Shown here: in pieces, positions 29,591 through 37,584 of the stretch
Layout: every line of letters begins with the position of its first letter
Position numbering within the stretch: position 1 is the stretch's first letter
NCBI GenBank assembly: GCA_038326655.1
Contig: JBBQKG010000007.1
Coordinates: 19,067-83,066 of the forward strand
Direction: 5' to 3'
Length of the DNA: 64,000 nt
From: Solirubrobacterales bacterium
GTDB lineage: Bacteria; Actinomycetota; Thermoleophilia; Solirubrobacterales; JBBDJG01
Position numbers and translations under genes: made by a program
Notes under the pieces: generated by a model
Told to the model about the DNA's origin: nothing
Seen by the model: only the letters and a program-made list of their open reading frames with translations
Database searches by the model: none

Positions 29591-30226
29591 TCACCTGACG
29601 GTTGTCACGCGGCCCGTGCGGGCGGCTGTGATCCCGCGCTGGAGCTGCTCCGTGTCGACCGGTCCGCGCGCGTGGGCCACGACCCGGCCGGCCTTGTCTA
29701 TGAAGTACGTCTCCGGGATACCCGTTGCGCCGTAACTGTTCGCAACCTCACGCCCCGATTCGCGCACACTCGGGTAGCTCGTGCCGAACTTGCGGCCAAA
29801 CGCATGGGCGTCGCCTCTGACGTCCTGGATGTCGAGCCCCAGGAACAGCACTCCCCGGTGCCCGAGCGCCCGCCAGCCGCGCTCGAGGCGCGGCGCCTCC
29901 TGGCGGCACGGTGTGCACCACGAGGCCCAGAGGTTGAGTACCACCGGCGCGCCGCGAAGGTCCGTGAGCGAAAGCCGCCCGCGTGCAAGCGCCGGTCCCA
30001 GCGACCGCTCGAGCTTCGGCGGCAGCGTCCCCCGCTCGAGCACCTCCAGCGAAAAGCCGGGCGCGGCGGCGGAGCGCCCCGAGGAGAGCGCCTGGTCGAT
30101 GCGGTCGTCGGTCCCCTTCGAGAGCAGCCCGTACGTCAGCAGGGCCAGAAATCCCGCCACGAGCGCCACGACGATCCACCGGCCGGCGTGCAGCCGCCTC
30201 GGCGTCGCTTTCGCCTCCACGTGCAT
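29591..30226 (-). CDS. Membrane-anchored TlpA/ResA-like thiol:disulfide oxidoreductase
   Basis: 211 aa. N-terminal TM segment WIVVALVAGFLALLTYGLL. Redox motif LNLWASWCTPC. The stop is 1 nt from the ligD ATG. Confidence 0.85.
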   Translation of the reverse strand: MHVEAKATPRRLHAGRWIVVALVAGFLALLTYGLLSKGTDDRIDQALSSGRSAAAPGFSLEVLERGTLPPKLERSLGPALARGRLSLTDLRGAPVVLNLWASWCTPCRQEAPRLERGWRALGHRGVLFLGLDIQDVRGDAHAFGRKFGTSYPSVRESGREVANSYGATGIPETYFIDKAGRVVAHARGPVDTEQLQRGITAARTGRVTTVR

Positions 30227-30355
30227 GCCTGGAAGGATGACGGACTTGGATCGTCCACCGGCCCCCCGGGCGGCCCCGGCGCCGACTACGGCGCGGGATA
30301 CAATCGAGCGGTGCTCCCCCAGAGCCGCTCACGATGACCGCCGAAGAGCCTTTCA

Positions 30356-31360
30356 ATGCCGATCGCCTTCCGACCACGACTGCCGAGACGGGCGCACACG
30401 AGGCGCGCCGGCACAGTGGTCGCGCCGGCGACTGAGCGCACCCAGCCACAGATCGAGCAGCTCTCCCACGAGGGCCTCCGCTGGATCCACATCGAGCGAC
30501 CCGGCCCGCTCGAGCGCGCATGGCTGGCCGAGCACTTCGACTTCCACCCGCTGGACCTCGAGGACGTCATGTCCCGCAATCAGCGGCCGAAGATCGACGA
30601 GTACCCGGACTACCTCTTCATCGTCTTGCACTTCCCGATCTTCGACAAGCAGGTCGGCCGCCTGAACGCCGGTGAGCTCGACATCTTCGTCGGGCCCGAC
30701 TACGTGATCACGCTCCCGAATCAGCCGCTCAAGCCGGTCGAGTACCTGTTCGAGCGCTGCCGTACGAGCGAGGAGATGCGGGAGCAGTACTTCCGCAAGG
30801 GGTCCGGCTACCTGCTCTACCAGATCGTCGACCAGTCGTTCGACTACTGCTTCCCGATGCTGCGCAAGATCGGGAACAAGCTCGAGCAGCTCGAGGAGGA
30901 GATCTTCAGCGGCGCCGGCGAGGAGATCGTGCGCGACATCTCCAACGTCAAGCAGGAGATCATCAACTTCCGCAAGACGATCCGCCCGCAGCGGACGGTG
31001 CTGCGCGATCTCGAGCGCACCAAGCAGCGTTACATGGCCGAGGGCATGGAGGTCTACTTCGACGACATCGTGGACGCCTCCGAGCGGATCTGGGACATGC
31101 TCGAGAACTACAAGGAGGTCGTGGAGGCGCTCGAGGACACGAACGAGTCGGTGATCTCACACCGCGTGAACGACATCCTGCGCGTGCTCACCGCGTTCAG
31201 CGTGGTGGTGCTCCCCCTCACCTTCATCGCGAGCCTCTGGGGCATGAACGTGGGCGTCCCCGGCGAGAACAGCGTGGCGGCGTTCTGGATCATCGTAGGC
31301 GTGATGGTGGCGATGCTGGTCGGCATGATCGGGTTCTTCCGGCACCGCGGCTGGCTGTAG
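30356..31360 (+). CDS. corA: Magnesium/cobalt transporter CorA
   Basis: 334 aa. GMNV (GMN motif) between two C-terminal TM helices. The exact start is uncertain because the first ~20 codons have lower GC3. Confidence 0.9.
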   Translation: MPIAFRPRLPRRAHTRRAGTVVAPATERTQPQIEQLSHEGLRWIHIERPGPLERAWLAEHFDFHPLDLEDVMSRNQRPKIDEYPDYLFIVLHFPIFDKQVGRLNAGELDIFVGPDYVITLPNQPLKPVEYLFERCRTSEEMREQYFRKGSGYLLYQIVDQSFDYCFPMLRKIGNKLEQLEEEIFSGAGEEIVRDISNVKQEIINFRKTIRPQRTVLRDLERTKQRYMAEGMEVYFDDIVDASERIWDMLENYKEVVEALEDTNESVISHRVNDILRVLTAFSVVVLPLTFIASLWGMNVGVPGENSVAAFWIIVGVMVAMLVGMIGFFRHRGWL

Positions 31361-31379
31361 ATCGGCGTACAGTTCTTCC

Positions 31380-31841
31380 ATGTCCGCTTGCCGTAGGCAG
31401 GCCATGATCGACGCGCCGGTGGAGACGATCTGGGAGCTCGTCGGGGATCCCCGCAGGCACCCGGAATGGTGGCCGCGCGTGATTCACGTGAACGGCGAGC
31501 GCTTCGAGCCCGGCGACCAGTACGTGCAGGTCACCCGCGGCCCACTCGGCTCTGGCGAGACGAACTTCCTCGTCGAGCGCAAGGGCGACCTCCGCGAGAT
31601 CCGGCTCGAGTGCCAGCTCACCGGGACCTACGCCCACTGGCACCTGACCGAGGCTCGGGGCGGAACCTTCGTCGACCTCGAGATGGGGATGCAGCCGAAG
31701 GGGTTCGGCGACAAGGTTTTTGACAGCACCTTCGGGCCGCGCTACTTCAGGCGCTGGGCCGCCCACTCGATCGACGCGCTCGGTGAGGTCGCAGGCGCCG
31801 AGGCGGAGGTCAGCCGCCCGCCACGGCCGGCAGGATCGTGA
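31380..31841 (+). CDS. SRPBCC (START/polyketide-cyclase-like) family protein
   Basis: 153 aa. MIDAPVETIWELVGDPRRHPEWWP is typical of the fold family. The 3' end overlaps the convergent moaD-like gene by 32 nt. Confidence 0.75.
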   Translation: MSACRRQAMIDAPVETIWELVGDPRRHPEWWPRVIHVNGERFEPGDQYVQVTRGPLGSGETNFLVERKGDLREIRLECQLTGTYAHWHLTEARGGTFVDLEMGMQPKGFGDKVFDSTFGPRYFRRWAAHSIDALGEVAGAEAEVSRPPRPAGS

Positions 31842-32082
31842 TCTCGTCGCCCTCGGCGACGGGCGTTTCGAGCCCCTGCCCGAAGCGGATGTCCTCACCG
31901 CCGACGTAGACGTTCACGAAGCGCCGCAGCTCGCCACCCTCGGTGATGCGCTCGCGCAGGCCGTCGTAACGCTCGTACAGCGCGTCGAGCGCCTCGCCCA
32001 CCGATGCGCCCTCGACCTCTGTCTCGGCCGCGTTGCCCGTCAGAGTGCGCAGCTGCGCCGGGATCTTGACCGTGACCGACAT
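31810..32082 (-). CDS. MoaD/ThiS-family beta-grasp sulfur-carrier protein (C-terminal Gly-Gly)
   Basis: 90 aa ending ...EITILPAVAGG*. The ATG immediately follows the TGA of the upstream ThrC-like gene (TGAATG). Confidence 0.8.
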   Translation of the reverse strand: MSVTVKIPAQLRTLTGNAAETEVEGASVGEALDALYERYDGLRERITEGGELRRFVNVYVGGEDIRFGQGLETPVAEGDEITILPAVAGG

Positions 32083-33315
32083 TCAGGCTTCGGCGGCCGC
32101 GAGCACAGCGTCGGCGACGCTCGCCGTGGTCGGTTCGACGTGGTGGACGGTGACGGCACCGCGAATCGCGTCGAGGGTCTTGAGGCCTTCGCCCGTGATG
32201 ATCAGGACGACCCGCTCGTCCGGTCCGATGTCGCCGCGCTCGGCGAGCTTTCGAAGCACCGCGGTGGTGACGCCGCCGGCGGTCTCGGTGAAGATGCCGG
32301 TGGTCTCCGCGAGCAGCTTGATGCCCTCAACGATCTCCTCGTCGGTGACGGCGTCGATCGATCCGCCGGTCCTGCGCGCGAGGTCGAGCGCGAACACGCC
32401 GTCGGCCGGGTTGCCGATCGCAAGCGACTTCGCGATCGTCTGCGGGCGCACGGGGCGGCAGACCTCCTGGCCCGCCTGGAACGCTTGCGCGACCGGCGAG
32501 CAGCCCTCCGCCTGCGCGCCGTTGAAAGCCGGAAGCTCACCCTCGATGATGCCGAGCTCGAGCCACTCCTCGAAGCCGCGGGCGATCCGGGTGAAGAGCG
32601 AGCCGGAGGCGACCGGCACGACCACGCGGTCGGGCAGCTCGAAGCCCAGCTGCTCGGCGACCTCGAAGCCGAGCGTCTTTGAGCCCTCGGCGTAGTAGGG
32701 CCGCAGATTTACGTTCACGAACGCCCAGGGGTGCTCGGACGAGAGCTCTGTGCAGAGGCGGTTGACGTCGTCGTAGTTGCCGTCCACGGCCACGAGCCGG
32801 GTGCCGTAGACGCCGGTTGCAAGGATCTTCTGCTCCTCGAGGTCCGCGGGCACGAACACGTAGGACTCGAGCCCGGCGGCGGCGGCGTGGGCGGCGACGG
32901 CATTCGCGAGGTTGCCGGTGGATGCGCAGGCGACGACCTCGTAGCCCAGCTCCTTCGCCTTCGCGATCGCGACGTTCACGACGCGGTCCTTGAAGGAATG
33001 CGTGGGGTTGGCAGCGTCGTTCTTGACGTAGACCTCACCGATGCCGAGCCGCTCCGCGAGCCGCTCGGAGCGAATCAGCGGCGTGAAGCCCGCGTCGAGG
33101 GCGGTCTTGGGACGCCGCGCGAAAGGCAGGAAGTCCGCATAGCGCCAGATCGAGGCGGGTCCCGCCTGGATCTTGCGCCGCAACTCGGCCGGGTCCCCCA
33201 GCGACGAGTGGTCGTAGGTGACCTCTAGAGGGCCGAAGCACCGCTCGCAGACGTAGCTAGCGTCGAGCGGATAGGTAGCGTGGCACTCCTTACAACTCAG
33301 TGCTTGTACTGGCAT
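32083..33315 (-). CDS. Threonine synthase-family PLP enzyme (ThrC homologue, possibly a MetM-like homocysteine-forming enzyme)
   Basis: ATG 33315 behind GGAGA gives MPVQALSCKECHATYPLDASYVCERCFGPLEV (Cys4 ribbon). PLP-lysine motif NPTHSFKDR. The tracked ORF start at 33504 runs through the riboswitch and is rejected. Confidence 0.9.
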   Translation of the reverse strand: MPVQALSCKECHATYPLDASYVCERCFGPLEVTYDHSSLGDPAELRRKIQAGPASIWRYADFLPFARRPKTALDAGFTPLIRSERLAERLGIGEVYVKNDAANPTHSFKDRVVNVAIAKAKELGYEVVACASTGNLANAVAAHAAAAGLESYVFVPADLEEQKILATGVYGTRLVAVDGNYDDVNRLCTELSSEHPWAFVNVNLRPYYAEGSKTLGFEVAEQLGFELPDRVVVPVASGSLFTRIARGFEEWLELGIIEGELPAFNGAQAEGCSPVAQAFQAGQEVCRPVRPQTIAKSLAIGNPADGVFALDLARRTGGSIDAVTDEEIVEGIKLLAETTGIFTETAGGVTTAVLRKLAERGDIGPDERVVLIITGEGLKTLDAIRGAVTVHHVEPTTASVADAVLAAAEA

Positions 33316-33334
33316 CTTCGTCTCCTTACCAACT

Positions 33335-33361
33335 AAAAAACTCTGCCCGGCTGTGGCAGAG
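33335..33361 (-). terminator. Riboswitch expression-platform intrinsic terminator
   Basis: The minus strand reads CTCTGCCacagccgGGCAGAGtttttt: a 7-bp stem, 7-nt loop and T6, located 20 nt before the ATG. Confidence 0.85.
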
Positions 33362-33384
33362 GTTTCGTTGGGAAGAAAACCCCC

Positions 33385-33507
33385 CCCACATCTCCCAGGC
33401 CTTGAACATGGAGCCTGCTGGAATTGGCACCGTTTCCTCGCCGCAAGGCTCGGAATGGTTGCCGGGGCTTCAAAGGGCCAGTCCCTCCACCCCTCTGGAT
33501 GCAAGAG
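33385..33507 (-). promoter_or_regulatory. SAM-I (S-box) riboswitch aptamer
   Basis: The minus strand reads CUCUUGCAUCCAGAGGGGUGGAGGGACUGGCCCUUUGAAGCCCCGGCAACCAUUCCGAGCCUUGCGGCGAGGAAACGGUGCCAAUUCCAGCAGGCUCCAUGUUCAAGGCCUGGGAGAUGUGGGG. All conserved SAM-I blocks are present, and P1 (CUUGCAUC / GAUGUGGG) can form. Confidence 0.9.
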
Positions 33508-33521
33508 CTATGTGGTCGGTG

Positions 33522-33527
33522 ATTATA
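33522..33527 (-). promoter_or_regulatory. -10 box (TATAAT) of the riboswitch promoter
   Basis: gcgTATAATc lies about 14 nt upstream of the first aptamer nucleotide. The -35 element is weak. Confidence 0.5.
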
Positions 33528-33589
33528 CGCATGCCGCCGACGAAGCCGTATCCAGGCGACCTTCCGCCGCCTAATAGGATGCGCCGGCC

Positions 33590-34075
33590 TTGGCCGCGGA
33601 GATCCTGTGGGCGCCCTGGAGGCTCGAGTACATCATCGGCGAGAAGTCACACGAGTGCATCTTCTGCGCCAAGCCGGCGCTGGAAGACGACGCCGCGCTG
33701 ATCGTCCGCCGCGGTGAGCGCTGCTTCGTGATGCTGAATGCGTTTCCGTACACGAGCGGGCACGTGATGATCGCTCCCTTTGAACACACCGCCGACCTCG
33801 CCGGGCTCGACGAAGCGACCGCACGCGAGCTGATGTCGCTCACGCAGGACTCGATCCGGGCGATCGGCGGCGCCTACAGGCCGGAGGGCTTCAACGTCGG
33901 CGCGAACCTCGGCACGGTGGCCGGCGCCGGAGTCGCCGACCATGTCCACATGCACGTGGTCCCGCGCTGGGAGGGCGACACCAACTTCATGCCGGTGCTG
34001 GGCGAGGTCCGTGTGCTGCCCGAGAGCCTCGGCGACACGCACCGCAAGCTGAGGGAGGCCTTCGCGAACCTGTGA
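33590..34075 (+). CDS. HIT-family nucleotide hydrolase/phosphorylase
   Basis: 161 aa. Histidine triad ADHVHMHVVPR. N-terminal ILWAPWRLEYI, as in Ap4A-phosphorylase-type HIT proteins. TTG start. Confidence 0.85.
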   Translation: MAAEILWAPWRLEYIIGEKSHECIFCAKPALEDDAALIVRRGERCFVMLNAFPYTSGHVMIAPFEHTADLAGLDEATARELMSLTQDSIRAIGGAYRPEGFNVGANLGTVAGAGVADHVHMHVVPRWEGDTNFMPVLGEVRVLPESLGDTHRKLREAFANL

Positions 34076-35454
34076 CCCGGCCGGTCGATCCTGCGATTTT
34101 CAAGGCCTACGACGTGCGGGGCATCTACCCACGCGAGATCGACCAGGACGTCGCCTACCGGGTCGCGCGGGCCTTCGTACGCGTGCTGCTGGACATGCGC
34201 GGCGGCGCGCCGCCCAGCGAGGGCCTGCACGTCGCGATCGGGCACGACATGCGGCCGCACTCCCCCGCGCTCGCGGAGACGTTCGCACGGGGCCTGCTGG
34301 ACGAGGGCTGCAGGGTGCTCGATATCGGGCTCGTCGGGACCGAGATGGTGTATTACGCCGTCGGCTCGCGGCAACTCGATGGGGGCGTCTCCGTGACCGC
34401 CTCGCACAACCCGAAGGCCTACGCCGGCTTCAAGCTCGTGCGCGAGAGCGCGATCGCGCTCTCCGGCGACACCGGCATCGAGAAGATCCGCCGGATCGTC
34501 GAGCGCGAGGCCTTCGACGAGGCGCCGAAGCAGGTGGGCGAGCCTCAGCGGGCCGATCTGTACGAGCCGTTTCAGCATCACGTGGTCGGATTGATCGAGC
34601 CCGAGGTGATCCGCCCGATGCAGCTCGTGCTCGACGGCGGCAACGGGATGGCAGGCCCGATGATCGGCCCGATCCTGGACAGCTTCCCGGTGACCGCGGA
34701 CCGGCTCTACTTCGAGCCGAACGGGGACTTCCCCGGCCACGAGCCGAATCCGCTGCTGCCCGAGAACCGCAAGCTCATCATCGACAAAGTGCTCGAGCGC
34801 CAGGCGGAGCTCGGGATCGCCTGGGACGGCGACGCGGACCGGTGCTTCTTCATCGACGACCAGGGCGAGTTCGTGCCGGGGGACTTCCTCACCGCGCTGC
34901 TGGCGGAGGCATTCCTCGCGAAGGAGCCCGGGGCGACGATCCTCTACGACGTACGCGCCAGCCGCGCGGTCCCGGAGGTGGTCGCGGCGGCCGGCGGAAA
35001 GCCGCTCGTGAACCGGATCGGGCACGCGTTCTTCAAGGCCCGCATGCGGGAGACCGGCGCCGTGTTCGGCGGCGAGGTATCCGGCCACTACTACTTCCGC
35101 GACTTCTGGTGCGCGGACTCGGGGGTGATCCCGGCACTGCTCGTGCTCGAGCTCCTGTCAGTGCGTGGGAAGACGATGGCCGAGCTGCTGGAGCCCTACC
35201 GAGGGCGCTACTTCATCTCCGGCGAGATCAACTCGGAGGTCACCGATCAGGACGCGAAGATGCGCGAGCTCGCCGAGCGCTACGGCGAGGGCAAAGTGAG
35301 CTGGCTGGACGGCGTGTCGGTCGACTTCGACACATGGCACTTCAACGTGCGGCCGTCGAACACCGAGCCGCTGCTGCGGCTCAACCTCGAGGGCTCCACG
35401 CAGCAGGAGATGGAGGCGCGGACGGAGGAGATCCTGGGCGTAATCCGCTCGTGA
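34072..35454 (+). CDS. Phosphomannomutase / phosphoglucomutase
   Basis: 460 aa. FKAYDVRGIY, phosphoserine loop VTASHNP and metal loop WDGDADRCFF. GTGA overlap with the HIT gene. Confidence 0.9.
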   Translation: MTRPVDPAIFKAYDVRGIYPREIDQDVAYRVARAFVRVLLDMRGGAPPSEGLHVAIGHDMRPHSPALAETFARGLLDEGCRVLDIGLVGTEMVYYAVGSRQLDGGVSVTASHNPKAYAGFKLVRESAIALSGDTGIEKIRRIVEREAFDEAPKQVGEPQRADLYEPFQHHVVGLIEPEVIRPMQLVLDGGNGMAGPMIGPILDSFPVTADRLYFEPNGDFPGHEPNPLLPENRKLIIDKVLERQAELGIAWDGDADRCFFIDDQGEFVPGDFLTALLAEAFLAKEPGATILYDVRASRAVPEVVAAAGGKPLVNRIGHAFFKARMRETGAVFGGEVSGHYYFRDFWCADSGVIPALLVLELLSVRGKTMAELLEPYRGRYFISGEINSEVTDQDAKMRELAERYGEGKVSWLDGVSVDFDTWHFNVRPSNTEPLLRLNLEGSTQQEMEARTEEILGVIRS

Positions 35455-35461
35455 ACGGAAC

Positions 35462-36490
35462 TTGACCGGAGAGGCCGGCGACCGGCGCTCCGCCGACGCG
35501 CTCGCGCGCGCCGCGGAGGCGGGAATCCACGCCCTGCGGATCCCGACGCCGTTCGCGGTCGGGCGGGTGAACGCCTACCTGATCGAGGACGACCCGCTCA
35601 CGCTCGTCGACTCCGGGCCGAACTCGGGCCGCGCGCTGGACGAGCTCCACCACCAGCTCGCCGAGCACGGGCGCTCCGTCGACGACATCGAGCTGATCGT
35701 GCTGACCCACCAGCACATGGACCACCTCGGGCTTGTGGACATCATCGCGAGCCACTCCGGGGCCGAGGTGGCGGCGATCGACAAGTTGGCGGGCTACGTC
35801 GAGGACTTCTCGGGGGCCGCCGCCCGTGACGACGAGTTCGCGACCGCCGTGATGCTTCGCAATGGCATCTCCGAGGACGTCGTCCAGGCGCTGCGGCAGG
35901 TGTCGTCCGCGTTTCGCGCGTGGGGCGGCAGGGCGAACGTCACGCGTTCGCTACGCGACGGCGAGGTGCTGTCGCTGCGCGACCGCAAGCTTCAGGTACT
36001 TCACCGGCCCGGGCACAGCCCCTCGGACACGATCTTCTGGGACGAGCGCCGCAGGATCCTGATCGCGGCCGATCACTTGATCAAGCACATCTCCTCGAAC
36101 CCGCTGATCTCCCGGCCGCTCGATGCCGGAGAGGTGAAGGCGAGCGAGCGGCCGCAGGCGCTCGTCACGTATCTGGAGTCGCTGCGAAAGACGCGGGAGC
36201 TGCCCGCGGAGATCGTCCTGTCGGGCCACGGCGAGCCGATCACCGACCACGTCCGGCTGATCGACGAGCGCTTCGAGCTCCACCGCAAGCGGGCAGAAAA
36301 GATCTACGGACTGATCGAGCAGGGCCCCCGCACGGGCTATGAGCTCGCGCAGGCGCTCTTCGGGGACATCGCTGTAACCCAGGCCTACCTGACGCTCTCG
36401 GAAGTGCTCGGGCACGTCGACCTGCTCCTGAACGACGGCCGGGTGCGAGAAGTCGAGCAGAACGGCGTGGCGCGCTTCGAAACCGCCTAG
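35462..36490 (+). CDS. MBL-fold metallo-hydrolase with a C-terminal winged-helix-like domain
   Basis: 342 aa. THQHMDHLG (HxHxDH) and a later GHSPSD. Confidence 0.8.
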   Translation: MTGEAGDRRSADALARAAEAGIHALRIPTPFAVGRVNAYLIEDDPLTLVDSGPNSGRALDELHHQLAEHGRSVDDIELIVLTHQHMDHLGLVDIIASHSGAEVAAIDKLAGYVEDFSGAAARDDEFATAVMLRNGISEDVVQALRQVSSAFRAWGGRANVTRSLRDGEVLSLRDRKLQVLHRPGHSPSDTIFWDERRRILIAADHLIKHISSNPLISRPLDAGEVKASERPQALVTYLESLRKTRELPAEIVLSGHGEPITDHVRLIDERFELHRKRAEKIYGLIEQGPRTGYELAQALFGDIAVTQAYLTLSEVLGHVDLLLNDGRVREVEQNGVARFETA

Positions 36491-36538
36491 ATCGACTGTA
36501 ACCTGCGCGGGCGCCGGGGGTTCAGACCTTCGGGACCT

Positions 36539-37558
36539 GTGATGAGCGCCACGATCACCAGCCCGGTCGACGCAGAACTCGAGCGGTTCTCGACCGCCGT
36601 CTCGCTGACGCCGCGCGCCGGTGCCTCGAAGCTGCGCATGTTCCTGGTCGTCAACCCCCGCGCGACGACCGTCTCTGGACGGCTCAAGAACCTCGTCATC
36701 TACGCCTTGCGAGGACGCTACGACGTCCACGCGGTCGAGACCGAGGGCCGCAACCACGCGACCGCGCTGACGCGCGAGGCGATCGTCGACCAGTACGACC
36801 TGGTCGTCGCGTTCGGCGGGGACGGCACGCTGAACGAGGTCGCGAACGGCCTCGCCCACTCCGGCGTCCCGCTCACGATCCTCCCCGGCGGGTGCACCAA
36901 CGTCGCCTGCCGGATGCTCGGCATCCCCACCGACATAGTCGACGCGACGGAGCACCTGCTCCAGCTCGCCGACGGCGCCGTCGCGCGCCCGATCGACCTC
37001 GGCAGAGTCAACGGCCGATACTTCGTGTTCTCGAGCGGAGCCGGGCTTGACGCGGACGCCACGCGCTGGGTCGACGAACGCCGCGTGCTCAAGGCCCGCG
37101 GCCGGGTGCTGACGTTCGGCTACGCAGCGACCGCCGCCTTCCTCCGGGACTACCGCGGCCGGCCGCCCCGCCTGTGCGTCGAGGCCCGCGGCGAGCGCGT
37201 CGAGGGCGTCAGCGCGTTCGTCCAGAACTCGCGCCCGTTCACCTACGCGCGCTCGAAGCCGCTGCACGTATGCGAGGACGTCGCGCTCGACAGCGGCACG
37301 ATCTCCGCGATGGTGATGGAGCGGGCCGGCATGCGCGAGGTGCCCGGGGCCCTGTGGCGCCTGTTCCGCGAAGGCAGGAGCCTCTCTCAGCATCCACGGG
37401 CGCACAGCTTCCCGCGCCTGAGCGAGGCGCGCGTGGCCTCACTGGAGGACGGCGGCGGGCCCCTCCGGTTCCCGCTCGAGGTCGACGGCGACTACCTCGG
37501 CGAGCACACGGAGGCCGTGTACGGCGTGGCGCCGAAGGCGCTCCGCGTGGTCAGCTAG
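36539..37558 (+). CDS. Diacylglycerol-kinase-family lipid kinase
   Basis: 339 aa. VVAFGGDGTLNEVANGL is the catalytic-domain signature. Confidence 0.85.
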   Translation: MMSATITSPVDAELERFSTAVSLTPRAGASKLRMFLVVNPRATTVSGRLKNLVIYALRGRYDVHAVETEGRNHATALTREAIVDQYDLVVAFGGDGTLNEVANGLAHSGVPLTILPGGCTNVACRMLGIPTDIVDATEHLLQLADGAVARPIDLGRVNGRYFVFSSGAGLDADATRWVDERRVLKARGRVLTFGYAATAAFLRDYRGRPPRLCVEARGERVEGVSAFVQNSRPFTYARSKPLHVCEDVALDSGTISAMVMERAGMREVPGALWRLFREGRSLSQHPRAHSFPRLSEARVASLEDGGGPLRFPLEVDGDYLGEHTEAVYGVAPKALRVVS

Positions 37559-37584
37559 CCCGTCCTCCAGGCGAGAGCGCGGAG

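Noticed and set aside
30227-30355. A possible Mg2+ (M-box) riboswitch or regulatory upstream ORF in front of corA.
   Set aside because: The spacer is shorter than an M-box aptamer, and I could not find its conserved blocks by eye. A 33-codon upstream reading frame (ATG near 30334) has no SD and only moderate GC3.
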